A stretch of 64,000 nucleotides of DNA from Candidatus Nomurabacteria bacterium (GCA_943359395.1 CALRHH010000001.1:20121-84120), one strand, 5' to 3'; counted from the stretch's first letter, positions 17,460 to 27,126 are shown. Notes: generated from the letters alone by a model not told the origin. Translations and numbers: made by a program.

Positions 17460-18929
17460 ATGGCAAAAGATTATTTCCAAGACATTACGCCGTTATCCGA
17501 AGAGACGAACCCTCCTCGGCAACTGAAGCCGCTTCCCCCGGAACCAGACGAGCATACAGAATCCTCTGTAGCGCAGCCGGAGGCTCATGACGTACCCATA
17601 CGGGTGGATGATACATCGGCGGAGATTTCCGCGGGCGTAGGCCAAACTCCACGTGGTATTCGCAGCATATCAGCACCGATTCGTTCGCGACCAGTACATG
17701 TCGGCGGAGCACCCGGTCGTATGGACATGGATATCAGAGAATCTCCCTCTGCTATGAGTGGAATGCCTCCGCGTCCTCCGCATCGTTCTTCCCGCCTTTG
17801 GATATGGGCGGGTGCATCGGTCATCCTACTCTCTATTGTGGCGGTACTTATCATCTTCTTCAGCTCTACTACCGTTACCGTCACACCAAAATCGCGTGTC
17901 GCCGTACTCTCTTCTGCTTCAATCACAGCAAGAGAAGGAGCGAGCGCCCCTGAAGGGACTCTTTCGTACACACTTCAGACATTCGATCTCGAGGATTCTG
18001 AAGTTGTCGCGGCGGAAGGCACGACTCATATGGAGACAAAAGCCTCGGGAAGTATCACAGTCACCAATACGTACTCAGCATCTGCGGTAAAGTTGGTGAA
18101 GAACACTCGCTTCGAATCTTCCGACGGTCTTATTTTTAGAGCTCTCTCAGACATCGTAGTTCCCGGTAAGAAAGGTTCTACCGCGGGAACGGTAAATGTC
18201 ACCGTCGTAGCCGACCAACCGGGTGAGCAGTACAACATCGGACCTACGAAGAAATTCACTGTCCCGGGACTTAAGTCGACGGCGGATATGTTTGCGGGAG
18301 TGTACGCACATTCAAGCGCAGCGATGTCGGGCGGCTTTCTTGGAGAGAAACCGGGAACTGCGCCTGGGGCACTTGAGGCGGCAGTGGCACTCGTTCGCGG
18401 ACGACTTGAGGCGAAGTCTCGTGAAGCTCTTGCTTCCCAGACTAAAGACGACACCTTCGCCTTTCCTGAGCTTATCGTCATAACCTATCAATCGCTCCCC
18501 ACCACCAACGAGGCCGGAAATTCAGTAAGGATACATGAAAAGGCCCATATGGAAATTCCCGTATTTTCGAAAGATGCTTTTGCGCGAGCTGTAGCGCAGG
18601 CCGCATTCGCGGACTCCGACAATGCCGCTGTCAGCATGGAGCCCGCAGGAGACTTTACGGTGCACGCCCTGGCTTCGGGAGATCAGACGGAAGAAGGAAC
18701 TCTCAGTCTAGTCGCATCAGGACAAGCCCTCATCATCTGGACCGTCGATACCAACGCCCTCGCTACGGCACTTCAAGGCAAGGATGACTCGACGTTTCAA
18801 GCTATTGCCAACGGCTTCCCCAGTGTCCTTGAAGCCAAGGCCCGCATTGCTCCTTTCTGGAGAAGCAGCTTCCCAGATAGTCCCTCTGACATCAAGGTCA
18901 AGGTTGTCCGCCCGACCGCCGTGAAGTAG
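17460..18929 (+). CDS. hypothetical membrane protein: Pro-rich cytoplasmic N-terminus, one TM helix, about 350-aa extracytoplasmic Ser/Thr/Ala-rich domain
   Basis: Single hydrophobic segment WAGASVILLSIVAVLIIFF. No catalytic motifs. Directly downstream of the actin-like ATPase and probably co-transcribed. Confidence 0.4.
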   Translation: MAKDYFQDITPLSEETNPPRQLKPLPPEPDEHTESSVAQPEAHDVPIRVDDTSAEISAGVGQTPRGIRSISAPIRSRPVHVGGAPGRMDMDIRESPSAMSGMPPRPPHRSSRLWIWAGASVILLSIVAVLIIFFSSTTVTVTPKSRVAVLSSASITAREGASAPEGTLSYTLQTFDLEDSEVVAAEGTTHMETKASGSITVTNTYSASAVKLVKNTRFESSDGLIFRALSDIVVPGKKGSTAGTVNVTVVADQPGEQYNIGPTKKFTVPGLKSTADMFAGVYAHSSAAMSGGFLGEKPGTAPGALEAAVALVRGRLEAKSREALASQTKDDTFAFPELIVITYQSLPTTNEAGNSVRIHEKAHMEIPVFSKDAFARAVAQAAFADSDNAAVSMEPAGDFTVHALASGDQTEEGTLSLVASGQALIIWTVDTNALATALQGKDDSTFQAIANGFPSVLEAKARIAPFWRSSFPDSPSDIKVKVVRPTAVK

Positions 18930-18982
18930 TTTGGGGAGATTTGACTAACTCAAAGAGGCCTGCTATTCTGGACCGCGCAGAT

Positions 18983-19189
18983 ATGACCGAACAAGAGGTT
19001 GTTAATGGAGTCGTCGATGAGGCGCTTCCCAACACTCTTTTTCAAGTGAAGATTGAAGGCGGTGAGCGAGTGCTCGCGTATCTCGCTGGAAAAATGCGTC
19101 TGCATAGAATCAAAGTGCTCGTTGGCGACAAAGTTGAAGTGCGGCTCGATCCTTACGGAGGGCGGGCACGCATCGTCAGACGAACCTAA
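18983..19189 (+). CDS. infA: translation initiation factor IF-1
   Basis: S1-like OB fold (GVVDEALPNTLFQVKIEGGERVLAYLAGKMR...VGDKVEVRLDPY), similar to E. coli InfA. The six-frame ORF starts 14 codons upstream at 18941; MTEQEVV at 18983 matches canonical IF-1 length. Confidence 0.85.
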   Translation: MTEQEVVNGVVDEALPNTLFQVKIEGGERVLAYLAGKMRLHRIKVLVGDKVEVRLDPYGGRARIVRRT

Positions 19190-19262
19190 CCAAGTTGAAG
19201 TAGAGTCGCGCACTCCGAAGTTCGGGGACGGGATTCTCGTTACGTTTTGAAAAATTATATAC

Positions 19263-19376
19263 ATGAAAGTAAAGTCCTCAGTAAAAAAAATCTGCACACA
19301 CTGCCGCTCCGTGAAGCGTCGTGGGCGATTGTGGGTTATTTGCAAAAATCCAAGACATAAACAACGACAAGGATAA
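19263..19376 (+). CDS. rpmJ: 50S ribosomal protein L36
   Basis: 37-aa ORF below the ORF-track cutoff: [37 protein letters not shown]. It carries the L36 zinc-ribbon C-x2-C...C-x4-H and sits in the canonical infA-rpmJ-rpsM position. Confidence 0.85.
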   Translation: MKVKSSVKKICTHCRSVKRRGRLWVICKNPRHKQRQG

Positions 19377-19378
19377 TT

Positions 19379-19759
19379 ATGCGTATAGCTGGAATCACCA
19401 TACCCGAAGAAAAGCGCCTTGAGATAGGCCTCACCGCCATCTATGGCGTCGGTCGCCCTCGAGCGCTTTCCACGCTCGCGGCTCTCAAAATCGACGCGGG
19501 GAAAAAGCCCAAGGATGTATCGGAAAAGGAAGAGGCATCGCTCCGCGAAGCTATAGAGAAATTTGTAGTAGAAGGAGAGTTGCGTCGCGACATCAGCGCG
19601 AACATTCGTCGGCTCAAAGATATCAAATCCTACAGGGGAAGCCGCCACGCAAAGCATCTACCGGGAAGAGGCCAACGTTCAAAAACCAATTCACGCACAG
19701 TCCGTGGCAACGTTAGGAAGACGATGACCTCGGGCCGTCGCAAGTTGGAGAAAACATAA
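19379..19759 (+). CDS. rpsM: 30S ribosomal protein S13
   Basis: MRIAGITIPEEKRLEIGLTAIYGVG and the basic C-terminal tail typical of S13. Confidence 0.95.
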   Translation: MRIAGITIPEEKRLEIGLTAIYGVGRPRALSTLAALKIDAGKKPKDVSEKEEASLREAIEKFVVEGELRRDISANIRRLKDIKSYRGSRHAKHLPGRGQRSKTNSRTVRGNVRKTMTSGRRKLEKT

Positions 19760-19784
19760 TCAAAAAATTTATTTTTGTACAAGT

Positions 19785-20219
19785 ATGGGAAAAAAACGAA
19801 TCATCAGAAAATCGGGCGGAAGCGTGGACCAAGGGCTCAAATCGCGCTCGCTCGCGCGTATTGCCAAGAAAAACATCCTTGCAGGGACTCTCCATATTCA
19901 TGCGACGTACAACAATACAAAGGTGCTTCTTACGGACAAGAGTGGCAACGCGGTAGCATGGTCGTCATCTGGAGCACTCGGCTTTTCTGGCGCAAAGAAG
20001 GGTACCCCATTCGCAGCGGCAAAAGTCGGTGAGCTTGTCGGCGACAAAGCAGCCATTATCGGTGTCAAAGAAGTCGACGTGGTCATCCGAGGAGTGGGCG
20101 CTGGTCGTGAATCTGCGCTTCGCGGGTTTGCGGGGAAGGGAATTGATGTCACGCGTATTGCCGACGATACCCCCGTACCACATAACGGTCCTCGACCACC
20201 AAAACCCCGCCGCGTATAA
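19785..20219 (+). CDS. rpsK: 30S ribosomal protein S11
   Basis: HIHATYNNTKVLLTD...PHNGPRPPKPRRV matches the S11 core and C-terminus. Confidence 0.95.
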   Translation: MGKKRIIRKSGGSVDQGLKSRSLARIAKKNILAGTLHIHATYNNTKVLLTDKSGNAVAWSSSGALGFSGAKKGTPFAAAKVGELVGDKAAIIGVKEVDVVIRGVGAGRESALRGFAGKGIDVTRIADDTPVPHNGPRPPKPRRV

Positions 20220-20229
20220 ACATATTCAT

Positions 20230-20850
20230 ATGCTATTGGTAAAATCAAAATTTAAAATTGCGAAAAGGCTCGGTGCTGCCATTTTCGAAAAGACGCAGTC
20301 TCAGAAATTTGCGCTGTCAGAGGCGCGTTCCGCAGGCAACAAGAAGCATTCTCGCGGCGGTCGCGGAGGAAGCGATTACGGACGCCAACTTTTGGAGAAG
20401 CAGCGAGTACGCTTCACCTACGGGATTTCAGAAAGACAGCTCTCCAACTACGCAGGAGCTGCATACGAAGAAGCTGACCCTTCGACAGCTCTGCACAAGT
20501 CACTCGAAATGCGCGCCGATAGTGCGGTCTATCGCGCGGGACTTTTGCCTACGCGCCGTGCCGCTCGCCAGGCCGTCTCTCACGGTCACATCACGATAAA
20601 CGGCAAGCGCACGACCGTCCCTTCCTACCGCGTAAAGAAGGGGGATGTGCTTGGCATCCGCGAGGGTAGCCGGCAGAGCCCTCTTTTTGCCGGTCTTCTC
20701 GAGAATAAGGCAGAAAATACCCGCACCGTTCCCGCATGGCTCGCCGTGGATCTCAGCCTCCTTAAAGCGGAGGTAGTGGGAGAGCCCGCGTACAACACGG
20801 TTGAAACGGGGCTCGATTATCCAACGCTGTTTGAGTTCTACAGCAGATAA
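20230..20850 (+). CDS. rpsD: 30S ribosomal protein S4
   Basis: S4 N-terminal region and S4 RNA-binding domain (RRAARQAVSHGHITINGKRTTVPSYRVKKGDV). The six-frame ORF at 20029 overlaps rpsK in another frame; the internal ATG at 20230 is used. Confidence 0.9.
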   Translation: MLLVKSKFKIAKRLGAAIFEKTQSQKFALSEARSAGNKKHSRGGRGGSDYGRQLLEKQRVRFTYGISERQLSNYAGAAYEEADPSTALHKSLEMRADSAVYRAGLLPTRRAARQAVSHGHITINGKRTTVPSYRVKKGDVLGIREGSRQSPLFAGLLENKAENTRTVPAWLAVDLSLLKAEVVGEPAYNTVETGLDYPTLFEFYSR

Positions 20851-20932
20851 TGGTATACTGTTGCCCACTTTTGCGTCCGCAGGGATTTTTTATTTATTAG
20901 AAGCTATTAGATAAACGCCAACAGCTATTTAT

Positions 20933-21910
20933 ATGTCGGATTACCACATCGCACTCCCAAGCAAACCACGCGTCGTCTCTGAGTCAGAGCGAAGCGGTAC
21001 GTATGAAATTGACGGGCTTTACCCGGGTTATGGCTATACCTTGGGCAACTCGTTACGTCGTATAATCCTTTCCTCCTTACCGGGGGCGGCCGTCACGCAC
21101 GTTAAGCTCCCCGGAGTCGCCCATGAGTTCTCTACGATTGAAGGTGTCAAAGAAGATGTGGTGACTCTCCTCCTCAACGTCCGCAAGATTCGCCTCAAAC
21201 TCCTCACCGACGAGCCTCAAACAATTAGTCTTTCGGTAAAGGGTCCGAAGGAGGTAACCGCCGCGGACCTCAAGCTTCCCGGCCAAGTCGAAATACTGAA
21301 TCCCGAACAACACATTGCGGGTATTTCAGGGAAAGTGAATCTTGAAATTGAGCTACGTGCAGAGCGGGGGCTCGGCTACATTGCAAAGGAAATGCACCAG
21401 AAGGAACGTGTCGAGATAGGTACGATTGCCCTCGATGCAATATTTTCTCCGATACGCCGCGTCAATTACGAAGTCGAGAACATGCGCGTAGGTGACCGTA
21501 CAGACTTCAACCGCCTGAGAATCGTTATTGAGACTGACGGCACACTTGCACCTCGGGAGGCACTCGAGCGCTCCATAGAAACTATGATTCATCAACTTAA
21601 AGCCGTCGTTGGCTTCAAAGAAGATGAAGTCCCTGAAGCATTGATGGGTGCGCCCGAGGGCGGCAGCGGTGTACGGGAAGACAGGGGTGGGACACTCGAC
21701 GCCGAAGTATTGAAAACGCGTATTACAGAATTGAGCATGCCTCAGCGCGTTGAAATGGCGCTTGATAATGCGTCTATCCGAACCGTCGGCGGCTTGGTTC
21801 GCAAACGAGAAGACGACCTCCTTGCTATTGAAGGTCTCGGCCAGAAGGGCTTGCAGGATATTAAGCGCGCACTTTCCAACATGGGCCTCACTCTCCGCAA
21901 CGACAAATAA
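20933..21910 (+). CDS. rpoA: DNA-directed RNA polymerase subunit alpha
   Basis: N-terminal dimerisation/assembly domain (GYGYTLGNSLRRILLSSLPG) and a C-terminal alpha-CTD helix-hairpin-helix. Confidence 0.95.
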   Translation: MSDYHIALPSKPRVVSESERSGTYEIDGLYPGYGYTLGNSLRRIILSSLPGAAVTHVKLPGVAHEFSTIEGVKEDVVTLLLNVRKIRLKLLTDEPQTISLSVKGPKEVTAADLKLPGQVEILNPEQHIAGISGKVNLEIELRAERGLGYIAKEMHQKERVEIGTIALDAIFSPIRRVNYEVENMRVGDRTDFNRLRIVIETDGTLAPREALERSIETMIHQLKAVVGFKEDEVPEALMGAPEGGSGVREDRGGTLDAEVLKTRITELSMPQRVEMALDNASIRTVGGLVRKREDDLLAIEGLGQKGLQDIKRALSNMGLTLRNDK

Positions 21911-21918
21911 GACTGTAT

Positions 21919-22275
21919 ATGAGGCATCATCAAAAAAAGAGGAAATTGGGACGCGAGAAGGGCCAACGCACGGCACTTTTGCGTAGCCTCGCCCGCTCGC
22001 TGGTTCTCCAAGAGGGCATCACCACAACCGTTGCGAAGGCCAAAGAACTCCGCCCATTCATCGAGCGCATGGTCTCGATGAGCAAAAAGAATACTCTTGC
22101 TTCGCGCCGCATCATTGATACCCGAATGGGAGGCTCAAGCGAAGTCGTAAAGAAGCTGCATGAAGTGTACGGACCTCGATACGCCAAGCGCGCCGGCGGC
22201 TACACCCGCATCGTCCTTCTTGGTCGAGTCGGGAAACGCGTCCTCGAAGCCGCTCGAATTGAATTTGTAAAATAA
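21919..22275 (+). CDS. rplQ: 50S ribosomal protein L17
   Basis: MRHHQKKRKLGREKGQRTALLRSLARSL matches the L17 N-terminus. Confidence 0.95.
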   Translation: MRHHQKKRKLGREKGQRTALLRSLARSLVLQEGITTTVAKAKELRPFIERMVSMSKKNTLASRRIIDTRMGGSSEVVKKLHEVYGPRYAKRAGGYTRIVLLGRVGKRVLEAARIEFVK

Positions 22276-22276
22276 T

Positions 22277-22633
22277 ATGGAAGATAAAAAGACATACGAA
22301 ATAGACGCTGCGGGGAGGACTCTCGGACGAGTCGCTTCCGAGGCGGCAAAAGCTCTCATGGGTAAAATGCGCGCTGATTACACCCCAAACGTAAATTCAA
22401 ATATCAAGGTCACCGTCGCAAACGCGAGCAAACTCTATATCCGCGAACGTAAGCGATCGCGAACCATCTACACGACCTACTCGGGGTACCCAGGCGGTCT
22501 CAAGAAGGAGAGCCTTGCTTCACTTTCGGCGCGCAAGGGGAACGCTGAAATTGTCCGCCGGGCAGTCTCTCGAATGCTTCCACGCAACACCATGCACACA
22601 CCCCGTTTGAAGAATTTATCCGTTACAGAATAG
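22277..22633 (+). CDS. rplM: 50S ribosomal protein L13
   Basis: KTYEIDAAGRTLGRVASEAAKALMGK is typical of L13. It follows rplQ with a 1-nt gap. Confidence 0.95.
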   Translation: MEDKKTYEIDAAGRTLGRVASEAAKALMGKMRADYTPNVNSNIKVTVANASKLYIRERKRSRTIYTTYSGYPGGLKKESLASLSARKGNAEIVRRAVSRMLPRNTMHTPRLKNLSVTE

Positions 22634-22654
22634 TTCGACAAGCTCACTATACAT

Positions 22655-23050
22655 ATGGCAAAAGAGACACGGTACACAGAAGCAGTAGGACGACGCAAGA
22701 CCGCGACGGCACGCGTGCGTCTCACCGAAGCGAAGACCTCTTCCATGCTGGTCAACGGTAAAATGGCTGACGAATATTTTCCACTCGACGTCATGGTTAA
22801 GATGGCCTTTTCTCCGCTCGTCCTCATGGGGGCAACATACGCGGTTTCCGCGCATGTGCGGGGCGGAGGACTCAAGGCGCAGGCTGAGGCGGTTCGATTG
22901 GGGATTTCGCGCGCCATGATTGAAATCACTCCCGAGCAGCGCAAGGATCTCAAGATCCGCGGTTTCCTCAAGCGCGACCCACGAGCAAAGGAACGCAAGA
23001 AGTTCGGCCTCAAAGCGGCACGCCGTGCGCCGCAATGGAGCAAACGCTAA
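22655..23050 (+). CDS. rpsI: 30S ribosomal protein S9
   Basis: GRRKTATARVRL...GGGLKAQAEAVRLGISRAM...KRDPRAKERKKFGLKAARRAPQWSKR matches S9. Confidence 0.95.
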   Translation: MAKETRYTEAVGRRKTATARVRLTEAKTSSMLVNGKMADEYFPLDVMVKMAFSPLVLMGATYAVSAHVRGGGLKAQAEAVRLGISRAMIEITPEQRKDLKIRGFLKRDPRAKERKKFGLKAARRAPQWSKR

Positions 23051-23059
23051 ATTACAAAA

Positions 23060-23097
23060 GCAACGGCCGGTCCCACATTGGACCGGCCGTTTTCGTT
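23060..23097. terminator. strong bidirectional rho-independent terminator (AACGGCCGGTCC-cacatt-GGACCGGCCGTT-TTCGTT) between convergent rpsI and tctC
   Basis: 12-bp GC-rich perfect stem with a 6-nt loop and a T-rich tail. Confidence 0.8.
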
Positions 23098-23113
23098 AAC
23101 AATTCTCACATCG

Positions 23114-23980
23114 TTAGGGCTTGATGCCGAGGCGCGTAAGCTCCGGCAGGAAGTCTGCGTAATCCCTTTCGTGCAGGCGACGCAACTCGTTGCCACCCTT
23201 CCACACGACGAAGAAGCCAGCATTTTCGAGTTTCTTCTTTGATTTTTCCGCTGCTATACGGAACATTTCGGATAGCCGATGGATTTCTTCTACTGACGTC
23301 TTCGCCGGAGCAAAGACTCCCATCCAACCTTCAACCGCGATAGACTCGCCCGTCTTGGCAATCACGCGCAATCTGTTGTCACCCTTGTACCCGATGTAGT
23401 CGGGATAGGGCACGATGGCAAGCGCCACATGACCACCCAGTACTGTCAGAATTGCGTCTGCAGAACTGAGATAGGGGACGTGTAGGATCGGGACGTTATG
23501 GTCGCGGAAAAGTTTCTCCCCAAGAAGGTGAGACATCCCTCCCGCTCCCGAAGTTGCGACGCTTTGAAGCGACCGATTTTGCTTGGCGGCTTTAAAGTAC
23601 CCCGCGAGGGTGGCCGAGACATCTTTGCCCGTCACAACGAAATAGTCATACGTTGCGATAAGTGCCACGGGGATAAGTTCGTCACTCGGCGGAACACTCA
23701 AAGATGAGGCGGACGACATGAACAGAAGGGTTCGACCGTCAGGTTTCTGACGCTTTACCCATTCGGCCGCAATTAGCCCGGTCGCTCCGGGACGATTTTC
23801 AACAATCACCCGGTGCGCGGTCGTTTCTTCGATTGCTTGCGCGATGATGCGAGCAGAGGTGGAGGACGTCCCTCCTGCCTTAAAACCCACCACCAACGAA
23901 ATGGTAACGCCATTTTGAGCGGAGGCACTGACGCACTGAAGACTCAATGCGGCAATGAAAGCGAGTCGCAGAATCTTCAT
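23114..23980 (-). CDS. tctC: tripartite tricarboxylate transporter substrate-binding protein (TctC/Bug family), orphan
   Basis: Signal peptide (MKILRLAFIAALSLQCVSASA) followed by a Bug/TctC periplasmic receptor fold (RPGATGLIAAEWVKRQKPDGRTLL, VPYLSSADAILTVLGGHVALAIVPY). No tctA or tctB is nearby. Confidence 0.75.
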   Translation of the reverse strand: MKILRLAFIAALSLQCVSASAQNGVTISLVVGFKAGGTSSTSARIIAQAIEETTAHRVIVENRPGATGLIAAEWVKRQKPDGRTLLFMSSASSLSVPPSDELIPVALIATYDYFVVTGKDVSATLAGYFKAAKQNRSLQSVATSGAGGMSHLLGEKLFRDHNVPILHVPYLSSADAILTVLGGHVALAIVPYPDYIGYKGDNRLRVIAKTGESIAVEGWMGVFAPAKTSVEEIHRLSEMFRIAAEKSKKKLENAGFFVVWKGGNELRRLHERDYADFLPELTRLGIKP

Positions 23981-24104
23981 CGTTGTATCCTCGCATTATG
24001 GACGCATACTGCATGCGTCTTCTTGCCCCACTATTCCATACAGAGGTAGCGTGTCAATTCTGTTAAGTCCGAGCGCGGGGGGATTCTCTGTCCAAAACAA
24101 GAAC

Positions 24105-24133
24105 TTGCTTCCATTCTATTTTGATGTTATAAT
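24105..24133 (+). promoter_or_regulatory. sigma70-type promoter TTGCTT-N17-TATAAT upstream of the small gene at 24192
   Basis: -35 TTGCTT (24105-24110), exact 17-nt spacer, -10 TATAAT (24128-24133), all read from the sequence. Confidence 0.55.
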
Positions 24134-24191
24134 TTCAACAGGTGAGGCGTTGGATAGAGTTCAAACAGGGCCTAAACGTGTGGAGCACACA

Positions 24192-24479
24192 ATGAACCGT
24201 TCAACAGTACTTCGTTCTCTCGCAATCGTCACCATTCTGTCTCTCGGCGTCGTTGCCGTGATGTGCAGTAGAAAGTCTCCCCCTCGTGAGTTCCTGTTTG
24301 AAAAAACAGCGAATCTCATCACTGCCTATCCGATCGATGGCGGTTACGTGAGCGAAAACGAAAATGAAATCGCGCGCTCACAGTGGAGTGAGAAATTCGG
24401 GGCTTTCGGTCAGCCCGGACGATTCACGAGAATCACACGGGATGGTCGCGGACTTGCGTTCGCGATTCATCAAGACTGA
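24192..24479 (+). CDS. hypothetical exported small protein (96 aa)
   Basis: N-terminal signal or anchor (RSLAIVTILSLGVVAVMC) with no known domain. The six-frame ORF extends to 23955 but overlaps the tctC start region; the ATG at 24192 downstream of the promoter is preferred. Confidence 0.4.
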   Translation: MNRSTVLRSLAIVTILSLGVVAVMCSRKSPPREFLFEKTANLITAYPIDGGYVSENENEIARSQWSEKFGAFGQPGRFTRITRDGRGLAFAIHQD

Positions 24480-24596
24480 GGAAGAATCCTCACGGCGGCC
24501 GACTAGGAACACCTAGCGGTCGCTTTGATTTTGTAAAACCTCACGGAACTCCGCCTTCTTCTTTTGGGCAACGATATTTGCTATACTGCGCCTCCT

Positions 24597-25139
24597 ATGA
24601 GCGACTCGCCCGCAGACGAAGAAATCAATTTTGAACCCGATGAGGAGCTCGGTGAGATCGCATCCGCAGGTGTAAAAGTACAGAAACTCAAAGACGAACT
24701 TGCAAAAGTCAAAGTACAGCGGCAAGAATACCTTGACGGATGGCAACGCTGCAAGGCAGATAGCGTGAATTCCCGAAAAGAAACGCTTGCACAAGCAGAG
24801 AGACTCGGGGAGCGGGCGAAAGAAGGCTTTATTGAGGACATCATTCCGGCTCTTGATGGTTTCGATATGGCTGCTTCATCGCCTGCCTGGCAAAGCATTG
24901 ATGTGGGGTGGCGAAGCGGTATAGAGCAGATACGCGGGCAGCTTCTCGACACGCTTCAACGTCACGGTGTCGTACGTTTCGGTGAAGTTGGCGAACCCGT
25001 CGACCACTCCACGCACGAAACGGTAGGGGAATCCGACGAAATCTCTGGGAAACCCGGCACAGTCGCCAAAATTATCAGATACGGGTACAGAATGAACGGC
25101 AAAGTACTTCGACCGGCGCACGTCGTCGTAAAAAAGTAG
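24597..25139 (+). CDS. grpE: nucleotide exchange factor GrpE
   Basis: Coiled-coil N-terminus and the GrpE C-terminal beta domain (HEAVGESDEISGKPGTVAKIIRYGYRMNGKVLRPAHVVV). It sits directly upstream of dnaK. A TATACT -10 box lies 9 nt upstream of the ATG. Confidence 0.85.
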   Translation: MSDSPADEEINFEPDEELGEIASAGVKVQKLKDELAKVKVQRQEYLDGWQRCKADSVNSRKETLAQAERLGERAKEGFIEDIIPALDGFDMAASSPAWQSIDVGWRSGIEQIRGQLLDTLQRHGVVRFGEVGEPVDHSTHETVGESDEISGKPGTVAKIIRYGYRMNGKVLRPAHVVVKK

Positions 25140-25221
25140 CCCGGAGAATTTGACAAAACCTCATTAGAGGTGTATACAAATACCTTCAAGGACATTCAAT
25201 TATCAATTCACCACACATACT

Positions 25222-27093
25222 ATGTCAAAGATATTAGGAATAGACCTCGGTACTACGAACTCAGCGATTGCCATCGTAAGAGGAGGCGAACCGGAGATAA
25301 TCGAAAATGCAGAAGGAGGCCGCACGACGCCTTCTGTCGTCGCGATGTCAAAAACAGGCGAGCGTCTGGTGGGCCTGTTGGCCAAACGTCAAAGTGTCAC
25401 CAATCCGAAGAATACGATATATCAGATAAAGCGCTTCATTGGGCACAATTTCGATGAGCCTGCTGTTATCGCAGACCGTACAGCAGTCTCGTTTGAAACG
25501 CAGAAATCCTCGAACGGCGGTATTGAAATCAAAATGGCAGACAAGTGGTATCGCCCGGAGGAGCTGTCGGCGATGATTTTGCAGAAATTGAAGCAGGATG
25601 CGGAGACTCGCCTTGGGGAAACCATTACCGAAGCAGTTATTACGGTGCCCGCATACTTCAACGATTCTCAACGGCAGGCGACCAAGGATGCCGGCAAAAT
25701 TGCGGGATTGGATGTAAAACGCATCATCAACGAACCCACAGCAGCGGCGCTCGCCTATGGGTTCAATAAAAAGAAGAACGAAAAGATTGTCGTGTTCGAT
25801 TTCGGCGGCGGGACATTCGATATTTCAGTCCTCGAGGTAGGGGACGACGTCATCGAAGTCCGTTCGACCGACGGCGATGCACATTTGGGCGGCAAGGACA
25901 TCGACCAGAAAATAATGGGGTGGATTGCGGACGAATTCAAGAAGGATTCAGGAATCGACGTACGCAACGACGCGCTTGCGCGTCAACGCCTCGATGAAGC
26001 GGCGGAGAAGGCAAAAATCGAGCTCTCGACCGCGCTTGAAACTGAAATAAACATCCCATTCATTACGTCGACGGATGCGGGTCCGCAGCACCTACTCATC
26101 AAAATGACACGCGGGAAGCTCGAGGAACTTTCACGAGAGTATCTTGACCGCGCAATGACAATCACGAAGCGTGCAGTTGAAGCATCTCCGTTCAAAGTGA
26201 ATGATATCAACGAAGTAGTCCTCGTCGGCGGTCAGACGCGTATGCCTGCGATGCAGAAAGCCGTCGAAGATTTCTTTGGCAAAAAGCCGAATCTCAGCGT
26301 GAATCCTGACGAAGTTGTCGCCATCGGAGCAGCCATTCAGGGCGGCATATTGCAGGGTGATGTGAAAGACGTCCTTCTGCTCGATGTGATTCCGCTCTCG
26401 CTCGGCATCGAAACGATGGGCGGCGTTGCGACCAAGCTCATCGAGCGCAACACAACGATTCCGACATCGCGCTCGCAAACGTTTTCGACGGCTTCCGACA
26501 ATCAACCGTCGGTCGAAATACACGTGGTGCAAGGTGAACGCCCGATGGCGGGAGATAACAAATCACTCGGCCGCTTTAATCTCGACGGTATTCCGCCGGC
26601 TCCGCGCGGCGTACCACAAGTAGAGGTATCCTTCGATATCGATGCCAACGGCATTCTCTCGGTAAAAGCGAAAGACAAATCTACCAACAAGGAACAATCC
26701 ATTCGTATCGAGGCGGCGTCAGGTCTCTCCGATGCAGAAGTCGAGAAAATGCGTAAAGACGCCGAGATTAATGCCGATGCAGACGCGAAAAGGCGCGAAC
26801 TTGTAGAGGCACAAAATGCCACCGACCAAGTCGTCTACGCAGCGGAGAAAGCGCTCAAAGAGCACGGAGACAAGGTGAGTGAGGAAATAAAAAAGAATGT
26901 GCAAGAGAAGATAGATGCAGCAAAGGCAGCACGCAACAGTGCTGACGTTACGGCTGTAAAATCTGCATCGGAAGCACTCTCGACTGCCATGAGCGCAATC
27001 GGGGAAGCGATGTCAAAAAATCAGCAGCAGACGCCGCCCCAGGAACCTCCGAAAGAGGACGAGAAGCCGTCTGAGGGGCCTGCAAAAGAATAA
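25222..27093 (+). CDS. dnaK: molecular chaperone DnaK (Hsp70)
   Basis: [13 protein letters not shown], the DLGGGTFD motif ([15 protein letters not shown]), the Hsp70 substrate-binding domain and an acidic C-terminal lid. Confidence 0.97.
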   Translation: MSKILGIDLGTTNSAIAIVRGGEPEIIENAEGGRTTPSVVAMSKTGERLVGLLAKRQSVTNPKNTIYQIKRFIGHNFDEPAVIADRTAVSFETQKSSNGGIEIKMADKWYRPEELSAMILQKLKQDAETRLGETITEAVITVPAYFNDSQRQATKDAGKIAGLDVKRIINEPTAAALAYGFNKKKNEKIVVFDFGGGTFDISVLEVGDDVIEVRSTDGDAHLGGKDIDQKIMGWIADEFKKDSGIDVRNDALARQRLDEAAEKAKIELSTALETEINIPFITSTDAGPQHLLIKMTRGKLEELSREYLDRAMTITKRAVEASPFKVNDINEVVLVGGQTRMPAMQKAVEDFFGKKPNLSVNPDEVVAIGAAIQGGILQGDVKDVLLLDVIPLSLGIETMGGVATKLIERNTTIPTSRSQTFSTASDNQPSVEIHVVQGERPMAGDNKSLGRFNLDGIPPAPRGVPQVEVSFDIDANGILSVKAKDKSTNKEQSIRIEAASGLSDAEVEKMRKDAEINADADAKRRELVEAQNATDQVVYAAEKALKEHGDKVSEEIKKNVQEKIDAAKAARNSADVTAVKSASEALSTAMSAIGEAMSKNQQQTPPQEPPKEDEKPSEGPAKE

Positions 27094-27098
27094 ACGCA

Positions 27099-27126
27099 GA
27101 AGAGCCCTCCTAGGGAGCTCTTTTTG
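27099..27126 (+). terminator. putative rho-independent terminator after dnaK (AGAGCCCTCC-ta-GGGAGCTCT-TTTTG)
   Basis: Imperfect GC-rich inverted repeat followed by a T5 run. Confidence 0.5.
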
